A DNA stretch of 63,964 bases, counting the filler, from an uncultured Acidimicrobiia bacterium (GTDB taxonomy: Bacteria; Actinomycetota; Acidimicrobiia; Spongiisociales; JAOTWH01): assembly GCA_964347285.1 (NCBI GenBank). It is 11 parts of 11 records of this genome, joined end to end, with 100 filler letters (N's around TTAATTAATTAA, not from the genome) between each part and the next. Parts side by side here need not be neighbours in the genome. Positions count along the whole stretch, not along the records: positions 1 to 6,211 come from CAYFYE010000124.1; positions 6,312 to 12,457 come from CAYFYE010000125.1; 9 more parts are not named here. One strand, given 5' to 3'. Shown piece after piece: positions 1 through 9,003 of the stretch; the first letter of the stretch is position 1, and each line of letters opens with the position of its first letter. Made by a program: the position numbers and the translations under genes. The notes under the pieces were generated by a model. That model saw nothing but the letters and a program-made list of their open reading frames with translations, did no database searches and was not told the origin of the DNA.

Positions 1-96
1 GGACCGCTCGGACGCGCTGTGGCGTGGAAGAAGACGAACCAACGAAGGAGGACGAGCCGGTCCCCGCCCGCGCGTCGACAGGTAGCGGCGGATTCG

Positions 97-134
97 CGGT
101 GGCCAGGGGGCCGAATCGAACTGCCACCTTCGGT
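97..134 (-). repeat. tRNA-Phe 3'-end-derived repeat, copy A (degenerate), inside a larger homologous module ~18-275
   Basis: cggtggccagggggccgaatcgaactgccaccttcggt; the reverse complement gives a T-arm (GTTCGATT) and acceptor 3' strand CCTGGCCA. Flanks are colinear with copy C. Confidence 0.75.
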
Positions 135-347
135 CCAGCGGTCATGGGCGCCGTCCTGGTCTGTCCCTCCCAGTCCCCGATCGTTCCCCTGAGCTGGGGG
201 AACACGGTGGCGACCTAGCTGCTCACACTCGTCCCTCCCGGCTGATTCCTGGCGCTTGTGATCGGTGGGTGGTCAGTGAAGGATGACCCGGTCCAAATGG
301 CCCTATCGGGCTGGTCTTCTCCGGTGTTCACTGGAGGCAAAGGAACC

Positions 348-373
348 GTCACAAATTGCGGTCCCCGTGCGTC
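348..373 (+). promoter_or_regulatory. candidate ECF-sigma-type (autoregulatory) promoter GTCACA-N16-CGTC
   Basis: gtcaca at 348-353 and cgtc at 370-373, 16 nt apart, about 30 nt upstream of an ECF sigma gene. Confidence 0.45.
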
Positions 374-402
374 TCCCTGGGTGAGAGATCTGGGGGCGGA
401 TC

Positions 403-897
403 GTGGTCGAGGCCGTCCAGCGAACCGACGCAGACGAGTGGCGGATCATCGACGAGTTGTACCCGTCACTCCGCCGATTTGCAGCCGTCGCCGCCCCCTG
501 GGATGTGGAGCCGGACGATCTGCTTCAGGAGGCGCTGGTCAAGGTGCTCAGCAAACACCCCCTGAGCGACCTCGAGCACCCGGCCGCCTACCTGCGAAAG
601 ACCATGATCAGCGTGGCCGCCAGCCACAGCCGCCGAATGGGGGCGCAGCGGAGAGCACTGCGGCGGCTGGCCGCTTCCGAAGACGGCCCCTCCTCTCCGC
701 ACTATCCGTCGGACCTGGCCGAGCTCTGCCGCCTGCCCCCCAAGCAACGGGCGGTCCTGTACCTGGCCGAGGTAGAGCGCTGGCACTTCGACGAGATCGC
801 CCGGATGCTCGGCTGCAGTGAATCGGACGCCCGAAAGAGTGCTTCCCGGGCGCGCAAGCGCCTCAAGCTCGAATTGGCCGTGGAGGGCCGGAGATGA
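403..897 (+). CDS. ECF-type RNA polymerase sigma factor
   Basis: 164 aa; region 2 (LYPSLRRFA...DDLLQEAL) and region 4 (LPPKQRAVLYL...EIARMLGCSE...SRARKRL). Confidence 0.9.
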   Translation: MVEAVQRTDADEWRIIDELYPSLRRFAAVAAPWDVEPDDLLQEALVKVLSKHPLSDLEHPAAYLRKTMISVAASHSRRMGAQRRALRRLAASEDGPSSPHYPSDLAELCRLPPKQRAVLYLAEVERWHFDEIARMLGCSESDARKSASRARKRLKLELAVEGRR

Positions 898-2567
898 AAG
901 ACCTGAGACGCGCCCTGGAAACGTTCGCCGAACGAGGGACCGCGGTCGGAAGCGACGCCCTCCGAGAACGCGTCGCCTTTGCCCTGGCCGCCGGGGGCCG
1001 ACCTCGCCGTGTCCGTCGGCGCGCCGCGGTGCCGCTGGTACCCCTGCGTCGGGGTGTAGCCGTCATGGTGGCCGCCGCCGTGATCGTTCTCCTCCTCTTC
1101 GGCGGTCTGGTGCTGCTGGAACGCCTCTTCGGCGGAGAGGCGGAACCGGCCGGTCCGCCGGTGACGACGGTGGTGCCGCCGACGTCGCTACCACCCGCCC
1201 CGACCACGGTGCCCGAGGCGGCTCCCCCGACCTCGACGGCCCCGACGCCCACCGACACCACGGTGCCGCCCATCGCCACCCGTCTCACCATGACCTGGGA
1301 GGCCGTACCCCACACCGAGTCGCTGGAGCGGGGTTGGATGAAGGCGGTCACCGTTGGTGGGCCGGGCCTCGTCGCCGTCGGCAGCGACGAGTTCGGCCAT
1401 GCCGCAGTGTGGACCACCGAAGACGGAATCGAGTGGCGACGAGTGGAGTCGGATGCCTTCAAGGCCGAGCGCCCCGAACCGGAGGACCAAGTCGTCGGAA
1501 TGGACCGGATCGCCGAACGCTACATGGCGGACGTGGCATCCGGGCCCCTCGGCATCGTCGCCGTCGGCGCCGCCGACGGGGTGGACGCGCTCAGGGGCGG
1601 GCTCAGCTACCACGCCGCGGTCTGGCTGTCGCCCGACGGGGAATTGTGGACGCGGGTCACACCCGACACCGACGAGTTCGCCGATGGGCACATGCACGCC
1701 GTCTCCTACGGCGGCCCGGGAATCGTGGCAGTGGGCGAGTCCGGAGATCAAGCCGCCGTCTGGGTGTCCGAAGACGGAACGTCGTGGCGGGCCGTCGACG
1801 ACCCCGGGCTCGCCGCCGGCACCAACTGGGCGCGGATGTGGGACGTCGTCGCCGGCGGACCGGGGCTGATCGCCGTCGGCGAATATGGGCAGCCGGACGA
1901 AGAGAAATACGTCGACCCTGCCCACCCCGGGGTGTGGCTCTCTGCGGACGGGATCACCTGGCAGCGGGTTCCCGATGCGGCCATCGGCGAAGGCCGGGGA
2001 ATAGGGATGGGGTGGGGACGGGGGCGCGAGGTCGCCATTGGTGACAGTGCCGGGATGCTCAGTGTTGCCGTCACGAGCGACGGCTTCGTCGCCATCGGGT
2101 ATTCGAGGTTTCACCCCGGCGTCTGGCACTCGAACGACGGTGTGGAGTGGACACCCGCCGAGCAGTACGACCCGATCGAACCCACTGTGAGCTTCATGCT
2201 CTACACCGCCGCCGCAGCCGGGGATCGCATCCTGGCCGTCGGCGGGGATGCAGAAGGCTACGCCACCTTCTGGGCCTCAGACGACGAGGGCGCCGGCTGG
2301 TACCGAATTGACCGGGTCCCCGCCATCGACCGACAGGGAATGATGACGACCCACAACGTGCCGGTGCTCGTGAACGACCTGGTGGTCCTGGAGTCCGGGG
2401 TGGTGGCGGTGGGTCACACGGGCGTCTACTTCGGCGAGGTCGACCCGGCACTCGAGGGCAACGTGTGCGGTTACGAGGATCCGGGCGGTTACGAGGATCT
2501 CTACGCGTGGAGCGGATCGTGTCGCACCGACGCCGCCGTCTGGGTCGGCAGATGGCCCGAGGAGTAA
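894..2567 (+). CDS. membrane-anchored protein with Pro/Thr linker and extracellular beta-propeller-like (BNR/Asp-box-like) repeats; putative anti-sigma/sensor
   Basis: ATGA overlap with the sigma gene; one TM segment; PT-rich linker; repeated GGPGxVAVG...AAVWxSxDGxxW motifs. Confidence 0.75.
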   Translation: MKDLRRALETFAERGTAVGSDALRERVAFALAAGGRPRRVRRRAAVPLVPLRRGVAVMVAAAVIVLLLFGGLVLLERLFGGEAEPAGPPVTTVVPPTSLPPAPTTVPEAAPPTSTAPTPTDTTVPPIATRLTMTWEAVPHTESLERGWMKAVTVGGPGLVAVGSDEFGHAAVWTTEDGIEWRRVESDAFKAERPEPEDQVVGMDRIAERYMADVASGPLGIVAVGAADGVDALRGGLSYHAAVWLSPDGELWTRVTPDTDEFADGHMHAVSYGGPGIVAVGESGDQAAVWVSEDGTSWRAVDDPGLAAGTNWARMWDVVAGGPGLIAVGEYGQPDEEKYVDPAHPGVWLSADGITWQRVPDAAIGEGRGIGMGWGRGREVAIGDSAGMLSVAVTSDGFVAIGYSRFHPGVWHSNDGVEWTPAEQYDPIEPTVSFMLYTAAAAGDRILAVGGDAEGYATFWASDDEGAGWYRIDRVPAIDRQGMMTTHNVPVLVNDLVVLESGVVAVGHTGVYFGEVDPALEGNVCGYEDPGGYEDLYAWSGSCRTDAAVWVGRWPEE

Positions 2568-2713
2568 CGAAGGACAGACCGAAGACAAAGGAGACCAACG
2601 GTGAGAAGGAAGAGGCGAAACGTGACGATCGTGCTCGGCACGGTGCTGGCCACGCTGTTGGTGCTGACGTGCTCAGGGCACACGAGAGATTGGGCCGGGA
2701 GGAGGTGAAGAAG

Positions 2714-3199
2714 ATGCGCAAGCTCATCCTGCTACTCGTCGTCCTCTCGGTGGCAGCGTTGATTCTGTCCGCAATTCCTGCGGGTGCTGCTCCGCCGGAC
2801 AAGCCGGGCAAGCCGCAAGAGGTGACGATCGGAATTGCTGACTCTCATGGAGCCGGAGACCACCGGTTCTCGTTCAGGTCCGAAAGTGAGTTCTTCGTTC
2901 AGAAGAACTGTTTCCCGGGAGACTCGGACGGTTGGGACGAGAAACGCGGGAGGAAGATCCAGCTATGGATCAGGTTCGTTTGTTTCGAGGAAGCCGGGAC
3001 GTGCTACTCGAAGGAGAACCCCGATACGTGCTTCAACCTCGCCATACGGGGGCAGCCAGACAGCCTCACGTGGACCTTCTACGGAGGCACGGGGGACCTC
3101 GACGGTGTGCGCGGCGGGGGTGAAGGCAGCATGGCGGAAGGCGGGGGTGAAGGCAGCATGGCGGAAGACGTCTACACGCTCGACGGAAAGCTGAAGTAG
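2714..3199 (+). CDS. secreted hypothetical protein
   Basis: RBS ggaggtg at 2701-2707; signal peptide MRKLILLLVVLSVAALILSAIPAGA; four Cys; ends ...YTLDGKLK. Confidence 0.65.
   Translation: MRKLILLLVVLSVAALILSAIPAGAAPPDKPGKPQEVTIGIADSHGAGDHRFSFRSESEFFVQKNCFPGDSDGWDEKRGRKIQLWIRFVCFEEAGTCYSKENPDTCFNLAIRGQPDSLTWTFYGGTGDLDGVRGGGEGSMAEGGGEGSMAEDVYTLDGKLK
3113..3166. repeat. 27-bp perfect in-frame tandem duplication (GGGEGSMAE x2)
   Basis: ggcgggggtgaaggcagcatggcggaa at 3113-3139 and 3140-3166. Confidence 0.9.
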
Positions 3200-3358
3200 G
3201 GCGGAACCGCCCCGGCCTCGAGGGGCGACACCGTCTTTCCAGTATCTCGACAGCTCGACACAACTGCTGATCGCGTTTGACCGTGGACCGGTGTCCGAAG
3301 GTGCGGGCCGACGTGGATCTCGGTCACACTCCGAACTGGAAGGGAAGACTCAACAGAG

Positions 3359-3413
3359 TCGGTGGCCAGGGGCAGAATCGAACTGCCGACCTTCGGTTTC
3401 TTTAGGCCCGACG
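3359..3413 (-). repeat. tRNA-Phe 3'-end-derived repeat, copy B
   Basis: 3359-3399 is identical (41 bp) to 4835-4875; similarity continues to about 3444. Confidence 0.85.
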
Positions 3414-3772
3414 GGGGCCGTCCCGGCCGGTTCCTTGTGGTCCCACAGTGATGCCGACCACTTGAGGCACTCGGGGCGATCAGCGGTGGCCGTCGCTCGG
3501 TGGCTCTTCCTCCTGGGAGTCGGCCCGATGCCGTTCACCCGACTCCTCGAGAAGCGTCTCCCCATTCTTGGAGACGGGCCAGAGCCTGCTGAGAAAACCA
3601 GGGACGGCCGAGAGAAGTTTGGTGACGCGGCCGGCCATAGGGGTCTCATCATCGTGCCCGTCTGATACCTGCGCAACAGCGCCCGGCACCACCGGAGCTA
3701 CGACCGGACCGTTCGTCGGTCGAGCGAGCCCGCAGCCAATCTCGCAGAACACCGACAGCGAAGACCGATTCT

Positions 3773-3787
3773 TCGGTGGCCAGGGGC
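3773..3787 (-). repeat. tRNA-Phe 3'-end-derived repeat, short copy D (15 bp)
   Basis: tcggtggccaggggc is identical to the start of copies B and C; lies just upstream of the FGE-domain gene. Confidence 0.55.
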
Positions 3788-3815
3788 CACCCGTACCCTA
3801 GAGGCGAGAGGAATC

Positions 3816-4637
3816 ATGCACCGCCTATGGCCCTGGCTCGCGATCGGCGCTGTCGTGATCGCCGGCCTGGGGTGGTGGCTGGCCACGTCGTCAGATGAGC
3901 GGATGGCTACGGTCCCCGCCGGTCGGGCAGTGATGGGCTCCACCCTGCACCACACCGACGAGAGCCCGGCCCGGATGGTCTACCTCGACGCCTTCTCGAT
4001 CGACGTCCACGAGGTCACCAACGCCGACTACCGGCGGTTCGTGCTTGCCACCGGGGCGGCTCCCCCAGAGCACTGGGGCGACACCAGCATCCCGGAAGGC
4101 AGGGAGGACCACCCGGTGGTCGGGGTGTCGTGGGAGCAAGCATCCGATTACTGCACCTGGGCCGGGGGTCGGCTCCCCACCGAGGCCGAGTGGGAGCGAG
4201 CCTGTCGTGGTAGCGATGAACTGCAGTATCCCTGGGGCCGGGAGTGGCAGCCCGGACTCGCCAACATCGGGGTGTTGAAGATGCCGGACCGCGACGACGC
4301 CTGGCCGCTGGTAACCGGGCAGGAGGCCGGGCCGGTGTCGCTCCGGCCGGTGGGTACTTCCCCGGGCGATGTCAGCCCCTACGGCGTCTACGACCTGGCC
4401 GGCAACGCCATGGAGTGGGTGGCCGACTGGTACGACCCGGCGGCCTACCTAACCCTGCCGGCGGAGAACCCGATCGGCGCCGGGCCGCCGTGGGACCGCT
4501 CTGTGCGAGGCGGAGCCTGGTTGATCCCGTTCGACCGTCTCGATCTGGCTGCCGACCAGAGCCGGTGTAGCTTCCGTAGCCGATCCCACGTCATCGCCGA
4601 CCCCCGTATCGGCTTCCGCTGCGCATGGTCCGGCTAG
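3816..4637 (+). CDS. formylglycine-generating-enzyme (SUMF1/EgtB/PvdO) domain protein with N-terminal membrane anchor
   Basis: motifs EVTNADY, HPVVGVSWEQA..YC.WAG.RLPTEAEWE.A, SPYGVYDLAGNAMEWVADWY, RGGAW, IGFRC. Confidence 0.9.
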   Translation: MHRLWPWLAIGAVVIAGLGWWLATSSDERMATVPAGRAVMGSTLHHTDESPARMVYLDAFSIDVHEVTNADYRRFVLATGAAPPEHWGDTSIPEGREDHPVVGVSWEQASDYCTWAGGRLPTEAEWERACRGSDELQYPWGREWQPGLANIGVLKMPDRDDAWPLVTGQEAGPVSLRPVGTSPGDVSPYGVYDLAGNAMEWVADWYDPAAYLTLPAENPIGAGPPWDRSVRGGAWLIPFDRLDLAADQSRCSFRSRSHVIADPRIGFRCAWSG

Positions 4638-4834
4638 CACAGCTAGCCGGGCGGTTTGTAGCCGGTCCGGAGCGACATGGACGGGAGAGGTGGAACGACG
4701 AGTGGAGGGGCGGAGGGGATTCCTCCCGCTGGTGCCGGGCGACGAGGTCTCGCTCCGTCATGGTGGTGCGGCGAAGAACGCCCAGAGGTGATGTGGCGAG
4801 GAAAGGGACGAACCAACGCGAGAAGGCGACCGGA

Positions 4835-4887
4835 TCGGTGGCCAGGGGCAGAATCGAACTGCCGACCTTCGGTTTGTCAGTTCGACG
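4835..4887 (-). repeat. tRNA-Phe 3'-end-derived repeat, copy C (longest; reaches a degenerate anticodon arm), inside module ~4792-5016
   Basis: reverse complement reads CGTCGAA-CTGACAA-ACCGA-AGGTC-GGCAG-TTCGATT-CTGCC-CCTGGCCA; no D-arm or 5' acceptor strand. Confidence 0.85.
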
Positions 4888-5439
4888 GGGTGGTCACCGG
4901 CCCGTCCTTCCTGGTCCCCGATCGCGTGTCTGGGCTGGTAGAACGCGGTTGGGATGTATCGGTTCGTACCCGCTCGTTCCGGCTGATCCGCGGGCGTTCG
5001 TGATCGTCTGTGATCGGGAGACAGCTGTGCAGCGCTCGGCTCGCAGGCGCCGCCCGTCTTGAGCTGGATCTCGATGTCGGGCTCTTCACGGTCTCTCACC
5101 CCGTTGCTGCCATCCCCGAGCTTCCATGATTGGGCGGAGCAGTGGGGTGTGGCCGAAAGACTCCGAGCGCACGGCACGACGAGCGGAATTCACCCAACTG
5201 CCCACCGCCGCGACCCTTTGAACCAAGGGAGTCCGCGCCATCTCGGGAAGCTGTGGAGGAGCATTTCCGAAGAATGATGATCGCGAAACTCTCCCCTCAG
5301 ATCGAGTCCGACGCTCGAACCCAGACCGAAGCGTCCGAGGTGATGCGATGAGCGGGCCGCGCCACGGGACCGCCACTGACGCAGGGGTATCCCTAATCGA
5401 TTGCGAAGGAAAGGCTCTCGCTGGACCACCCGCGAAGAT

Positions 5440-6120
5440 TCATGACTCTGCCGGGGGGCTCTCCATCCTGATCATGCCGAAGCTGGCGATCAGAATCCAC
5501 ACGAACGACAGTATGAGACCGATGAACCCGAGGATGCCGAGGAATCCCTCATTGTCGCCCTCGAGTGGCCACAGCGCCGCGACAACGTTGATGAGAGCGG
5601 TGGCGAAACCCAACCATCCCAGCCACTTCCACAGCACGCCGCTGCGTACGATCACCACGGATGCGGTTGCCAGAAGCAGCGCAAAGCCAAAGGGCATCGT
5701 CGCTTGGTAGAGCAACGCATCCATATGATGGACCGCCACCAGGACCTCGTCGGACAGATCGTCCACACTCAAGGCCGCCACACCCCAAAACGTCGCTCCG
5801 GCGCCGCCAATGGCGGCGATGGCCACCGCGCCGGCGAACGACGCCCGCGACCACAGGCCTCGATCCGAGGCGTCGGCCGGGCCGAGGAGGCTGCGCAGGC
5901 CCGATGCAAACACGATGAAGAAGAACGCAATCCCCAGAGCGACCAACCAGTTCGAGAATTGGATCTGGCCGCCGCTGTCCTCGAAGTACTCGCGGACATC
6001 TTGGGCGGGATCGTCCAACCCCGGCGGGTTGCCGAACAAGACGAAACTCACCACAAACACGATCACGGTGAGCACCCCGGCGATTCCGGCGACTCTCCAC
6101 CATTTCCACTCTCCGGACAC
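5440..6120 (-). CDS. multi-pass membrane protein (DUF4386-like)
   Basis: 226 aa; about 6 hydrophobic segments; P..DDP...VREYF loop; VLWKWLGWLG motif; RBS ggagg. Confidence 0.7.
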   Translation of the reverse strand: MSGEWKWWRVAGIAGVLTVIVFVVSFVLFGNPPGLDDPAQDVREYFEDSGGQIQFSNWLVALGIAFFFIVFASGLRSLLGPADASDRGLWSRASFAGAVAIAAIGGAGATFWGVAALSVDDLSDEVLVAVHHMDALLYQATMPFGFALLLATASVVIVRSGVLWKWLGWLGFATALINVVAALWPLEGDNEGFLGILGFIGLILSFVWILIASFGMIRMESPPAES

Positions 6121-6312
6121 GATGGCCTCCCTTCCAGACCGATTCCTTGCTGAACCTTACGCGAAACTGGTGGCTCGTACCGGGTGGCACGTCCAAGGTC
6201 TCCAACGCCCGNNNNNNNNNNNNNNNNNNNNNNNNNNNNNNNNNNNNNNNNNNNNTTAATTAATTAANNNNNNNNNNNNNNNNNNNNNNNNNNNNNNNNN
6301 NNNNNNNNNNNC

Positions 6313-6789
6313 ATCGCCGGCCTCGCCTTCGCCGTCGCCGGCGCTCACAGCCTCCCCTCGGTAGGACGAAGGGCATCGGCCGCTCTTCGCTCTGGCCCCC
6401 GACGCTGGCCGGCCGCAGCCGTGCTCGTTGCCTCCTTCTTGACGGCGGCCCGACCGGCCTCGTCGGCCGTTGCGCCCCCGACTGCGGTCGATCCGGCCGA
6501 AGACATCAGACTGGGTGAGGCCGACCGGGCCGGCCCGGCGCAGCCGGACGAGACCACTCTCGCCCCGGAACCGGGGCCAGAGTACGTGGTCCGACCCGGC
6601 GACTCATTGTGGGCCATTGCGTGCCGGACGCTTGCCGCCGACCGGGCCACTCCGCCCTCAAACTCCGAGGTCGACCGGCACTGGCGGCTCATCTATGAGG
6701 CCAACCGTGGCGTCATTGGCGATGACCCCGACCTCATCTTTCCCGGTCAGCGCCTCTCCCTGCCCGGGAGCACCCATGGAAGAGCCTGA
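6313..6789 (+). CDS. LysM domain protein (5'-partial)
   Basis: frame open from the contig edge; YVVRPGDSLWAIA...IYEANR.VIGDDPDLIFPGQRLSLP. Confidence 0.85.
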   Translation: MAGLAFAVAGAHSLPSVGRRASAALRSGPRRWPAAAVLVASFLTAARPASSAVAPPTAVDPAEDIRLGEADRAGPAQPDETTLAPEPGPEYVVRPGDSLWAIACRTLAADRATPPSNSEVDRHWRLIYEANRGVIGDDPDLIFPGQRLSLPGSTHGRA

Positions 6790-7672
6790 GGAATACGAGC
6801 ACATCCCCTGGTCGGCGCTGACCGACGACCACCGGGAACGGCGCAACCGACTCGCGTACGCGACGGCCGGGATTCTGGTGGCGGCGACGATCGGAGCGGT
6901 GGCGGCCCGGGCCGTCTGGAAGCCGGAGGCGGCCGCCGAATCGCCGGGCGCCGATGTCGTGCTCACCGTGCCGACAGCGGAGCAGCGGTCCCTTCCCCCC
7001 ATCACCTCCACAACGCTCCCGCTCCCCTCCCTGTACAGCGAGGCCGACCTCATGGCAACGCTGAACGGCGAGAAGGCCCGGATCGTAGCCGCCCGTGCCG
7101 AGTGGTTCGTCACCGACTACTTCACCACCGATCGAGATCGGCGCGGGTCGACCGACGTGCACGACGCCCTGCCGGCAGGCAGTGACGTGCCGGCCCTCCC
7201 TCACGACGGCGAGTCGCCCGCCGTCACCTATGTCGAGTGGGCCCGCGCCACCCGGGTCACCGAGCTGACCCCCGGTCGCTTTCGCGTCGCCGTGGCGTTT
7301 CGGGGCGTGGCCGAATCGGCCCAGGGCGGGTTCGATCGGCTGCCGGTGCGGGCGGTCGACCTGATGCTCACTCTGGGACCCGACGGCGGGGCCGCGGTGG
7401 TCGATCTGCCCACCCCGGCCTTTCTGCCGAACGGGCCCGACCTCGCGCCGTCGGATGAGACATCACCCGACGTTGCCCCGGCGGTGGCCGCCGCCGCCCT
7501 AGCCGAGGCTGAGCGGTGGGGGAAGGCCGCCGCCGAGGTGATCGGCGCCTCGGCGACCCAATCCGGCTGGCGAGTCGTGGTAGGAGTATCCGACGCGTCC
7601 GGCAACAGCTGGCCGATGACGGTGTGGCTCGATCCGGAGGGGCTATCCGTGCCGCCCGGGCTCGGACCGTGA
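6776..7672 (+). CDS. membrane-anchored hypothetical protein, possibly TcpC/VirB8-like fold
   Basis: ATG at 6776 overlaps the LysM gene; one TM segment; AEWFVTDYFT...VVDLP pattern. Confidence 0.6.
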   Translation: MEEPEEYEHIPWSALTDDHRERRNRLAYATAGILVAATIGAVAARAVWKPEAAAESPGADVVLTVPTAEQRSLPPITSTTLPLPSLYSEADLMATLNGEKARIVAARAEWFVTDYFTTDRDRRGSTDVHDALPAGSDVPALPHDGESPAVTYVEWARATRVTELTPGRFRVAVAFRGVAESAQGGFDRLPVRAVDLMLTLGPDGGAAVVDLPTPAFLPNGPDLAPSDETSPDVAPAVAAAALAEAERWGKAAAEVIGASATQSGWRVVVGVSDASGNSWPMTVWLDPEGLSVPPGLGP

Positions 7673-7839
7673 CGAGTCGCGCTCAGTGAGGTCGTCGATT
7701 TCCAGCGAGTCTGAGAGGAGAGGATGGTTCTCCGCGGAATCGCCATCATTCATCGAAGGCTCCGATCCGGGGGTATGGTGACAAAGAGAAAAGAGACGAG
7801 GGGCACCTACCGGCGCCCCTCGCGTCTGATCGGGCCTCC

Positions 7840-8073
7840 TCAGCCCCCGCTGCAGCCGTGGGCTGCCAGGATGTCGGGAGCGCTGAAGGCCTTGGCCCCA
7901 CCCTTGTAGTTCTGGTGGGCGGCCGATCCGCTCGACTTGCCCGCCGAAACCAGCTGTCCGAAGCTGGCATTGCAGGCGGTCTGGATGTCCTTGCCCGGAG
8001 CTGCCAGCGCAGTGGCCGGTGCGCCAACGACCAGCACCACAGTGGCTGCGAATGCCACGATTCTCTTCCGCAT
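7840..8073 (-). CDS. small secreted protein (77 aa, two Cys)
   Basis: signal peptide MRKRIVAFAATVVLVVGAPATALA; purine-rich RBS. Confidence 0.65.
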   Translation of the reverse strand: MRKRIVAFAATVVLVVGAPATALAAPGKDIQTACNASFGQLVSAGKSSGSAAHQNYKGGAKAFSAPDILAAHGCSGG

Positions 8074-8203
8074 TCCCTCTCTCCCGTTCGGTGTCGGCCA
8101 CCCTGTGTGGCCGACGAGGATCGGGAGTATGCCGTATCGCAGATCGCTATGCAACCGACGGTGTTCGTGACAATGCAGCCGCGCCCCCTCGCGTCGAGGC
8201 GCG

Positions 8204-8539
8204 TCAGCCGGTCTCCTCGGCAAACGTCCAGCCGGCCACCTCGAACTCCGGCATCTCCCGCACCACCTGGCCGTCGCCGCCGCAGCGTGGGCAGGGATCG
8301 AGCCGGACGCCGTCGTACTCCATGCCGCAGTCGAAGCACTTCAGCACGTCGGAGCCCTCCTCCCACACCACCAGGGCCTTCTCCGCCACGGTTCCGGCGA
8401 TTGCCTCCTGCCAGGCCGCCTCCATGACGTCGCGAGGAGCGTCCCGGGTGGTCATCAGCACCACCTGACTGAGAGGGCGATCTCCGACCGCCGCCAGGAA
8501 CCCGGTGACCGCTTCGACAACAACGCCTCTCTCGTCCAT
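8204..8539 (-). CDS. HypA/HybF-like zinc-binding metallochaperone
   Basis: 111 aa; N-terminal MDE (MHE in HypA); CFDC and CPRCG motifs. Confidence 0.7.
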   Translation of the reverse strand: MDERGVVVEAVTGFLAAVGDRPLSQVVLMTTRDAPRDVMEAAWQEAIAGTVAEKALVVWEEGSDVLKCFDCGMEYDGVRLDPCPRCGGDGQVVREMPEFEVAGWTFAEETG

Positions 8540-8677
8540 GGGCTCGCTCCAGCACGCCCTCCCCACGAGCATATCCATCCGGCTTGGAGCATGTCCTCGA
8601 GTCCGGGCCCGGGGAAAGAGATCGCCGTCGACCCTCAGCGCGGACGCAGCTTGCCGCCCAAACCGCAGGACGGTGCC

Positions 8678-9003
8678 GGAACGAGAGGTCGAAGCGGACG
8701 TTGCGGCCACCACCCGCGGTCGCCGAGGAACTTTAGGAAGGCCGGGAAGGCTTCCTCGATGCGGGGCGCCTCGACCGCCATCGCCCCGGGTGAAGCCGGT
8801 GAGGACGGTGATCAACGGCGGGATTGAGCAGCGTCTGAAACGTGCCTCCCAAGGTTGCCGGCCTCGCAGCACACCGCGCCGATCTCGGTGATCTCGCAGC
8901 CTGGCGGCTATCCGCCCGTGGTCTCCGGGTCCACGACGCCGAACGGCACCACCTAGAGCGGGGCTCCCTTGTCCTCGAAGCTCCGCTGCCTCGCGGTCGC
9001 CAC
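8678..9003 (-). pseudogene. DEDD exonuclease (DnaQ-like) N-terminal remnant
   Basis: segments QRSFEDKGAPL*, VVDPETTGG*, EITEIGAV, GTFQTLLNP, IPPLITVLTG, APRIEEAFPAFLKFLGD, NVRFDLSF spread over several frames; TAG stops at 8953-8955 and 8908-8910. Confidence 0.75.

Noticed and set aside
97..4887. Repeats as a CRISPR array or as intact tRNA genes
   Set aside because: Spacing is hundreds to thousands of bp with genes in between, no cas genes are present, and the copies lack the D-arm and 5' acceptor strand.
6212..6311. Recurring N-run/TTAATTAATTAA/N-run motif (10 copies)
   Set aside because: Artificial contig linker with stops in all six frames. Track ORFs ending in X...LIN are truncated genes, and adjacency across linkers is meaningless.
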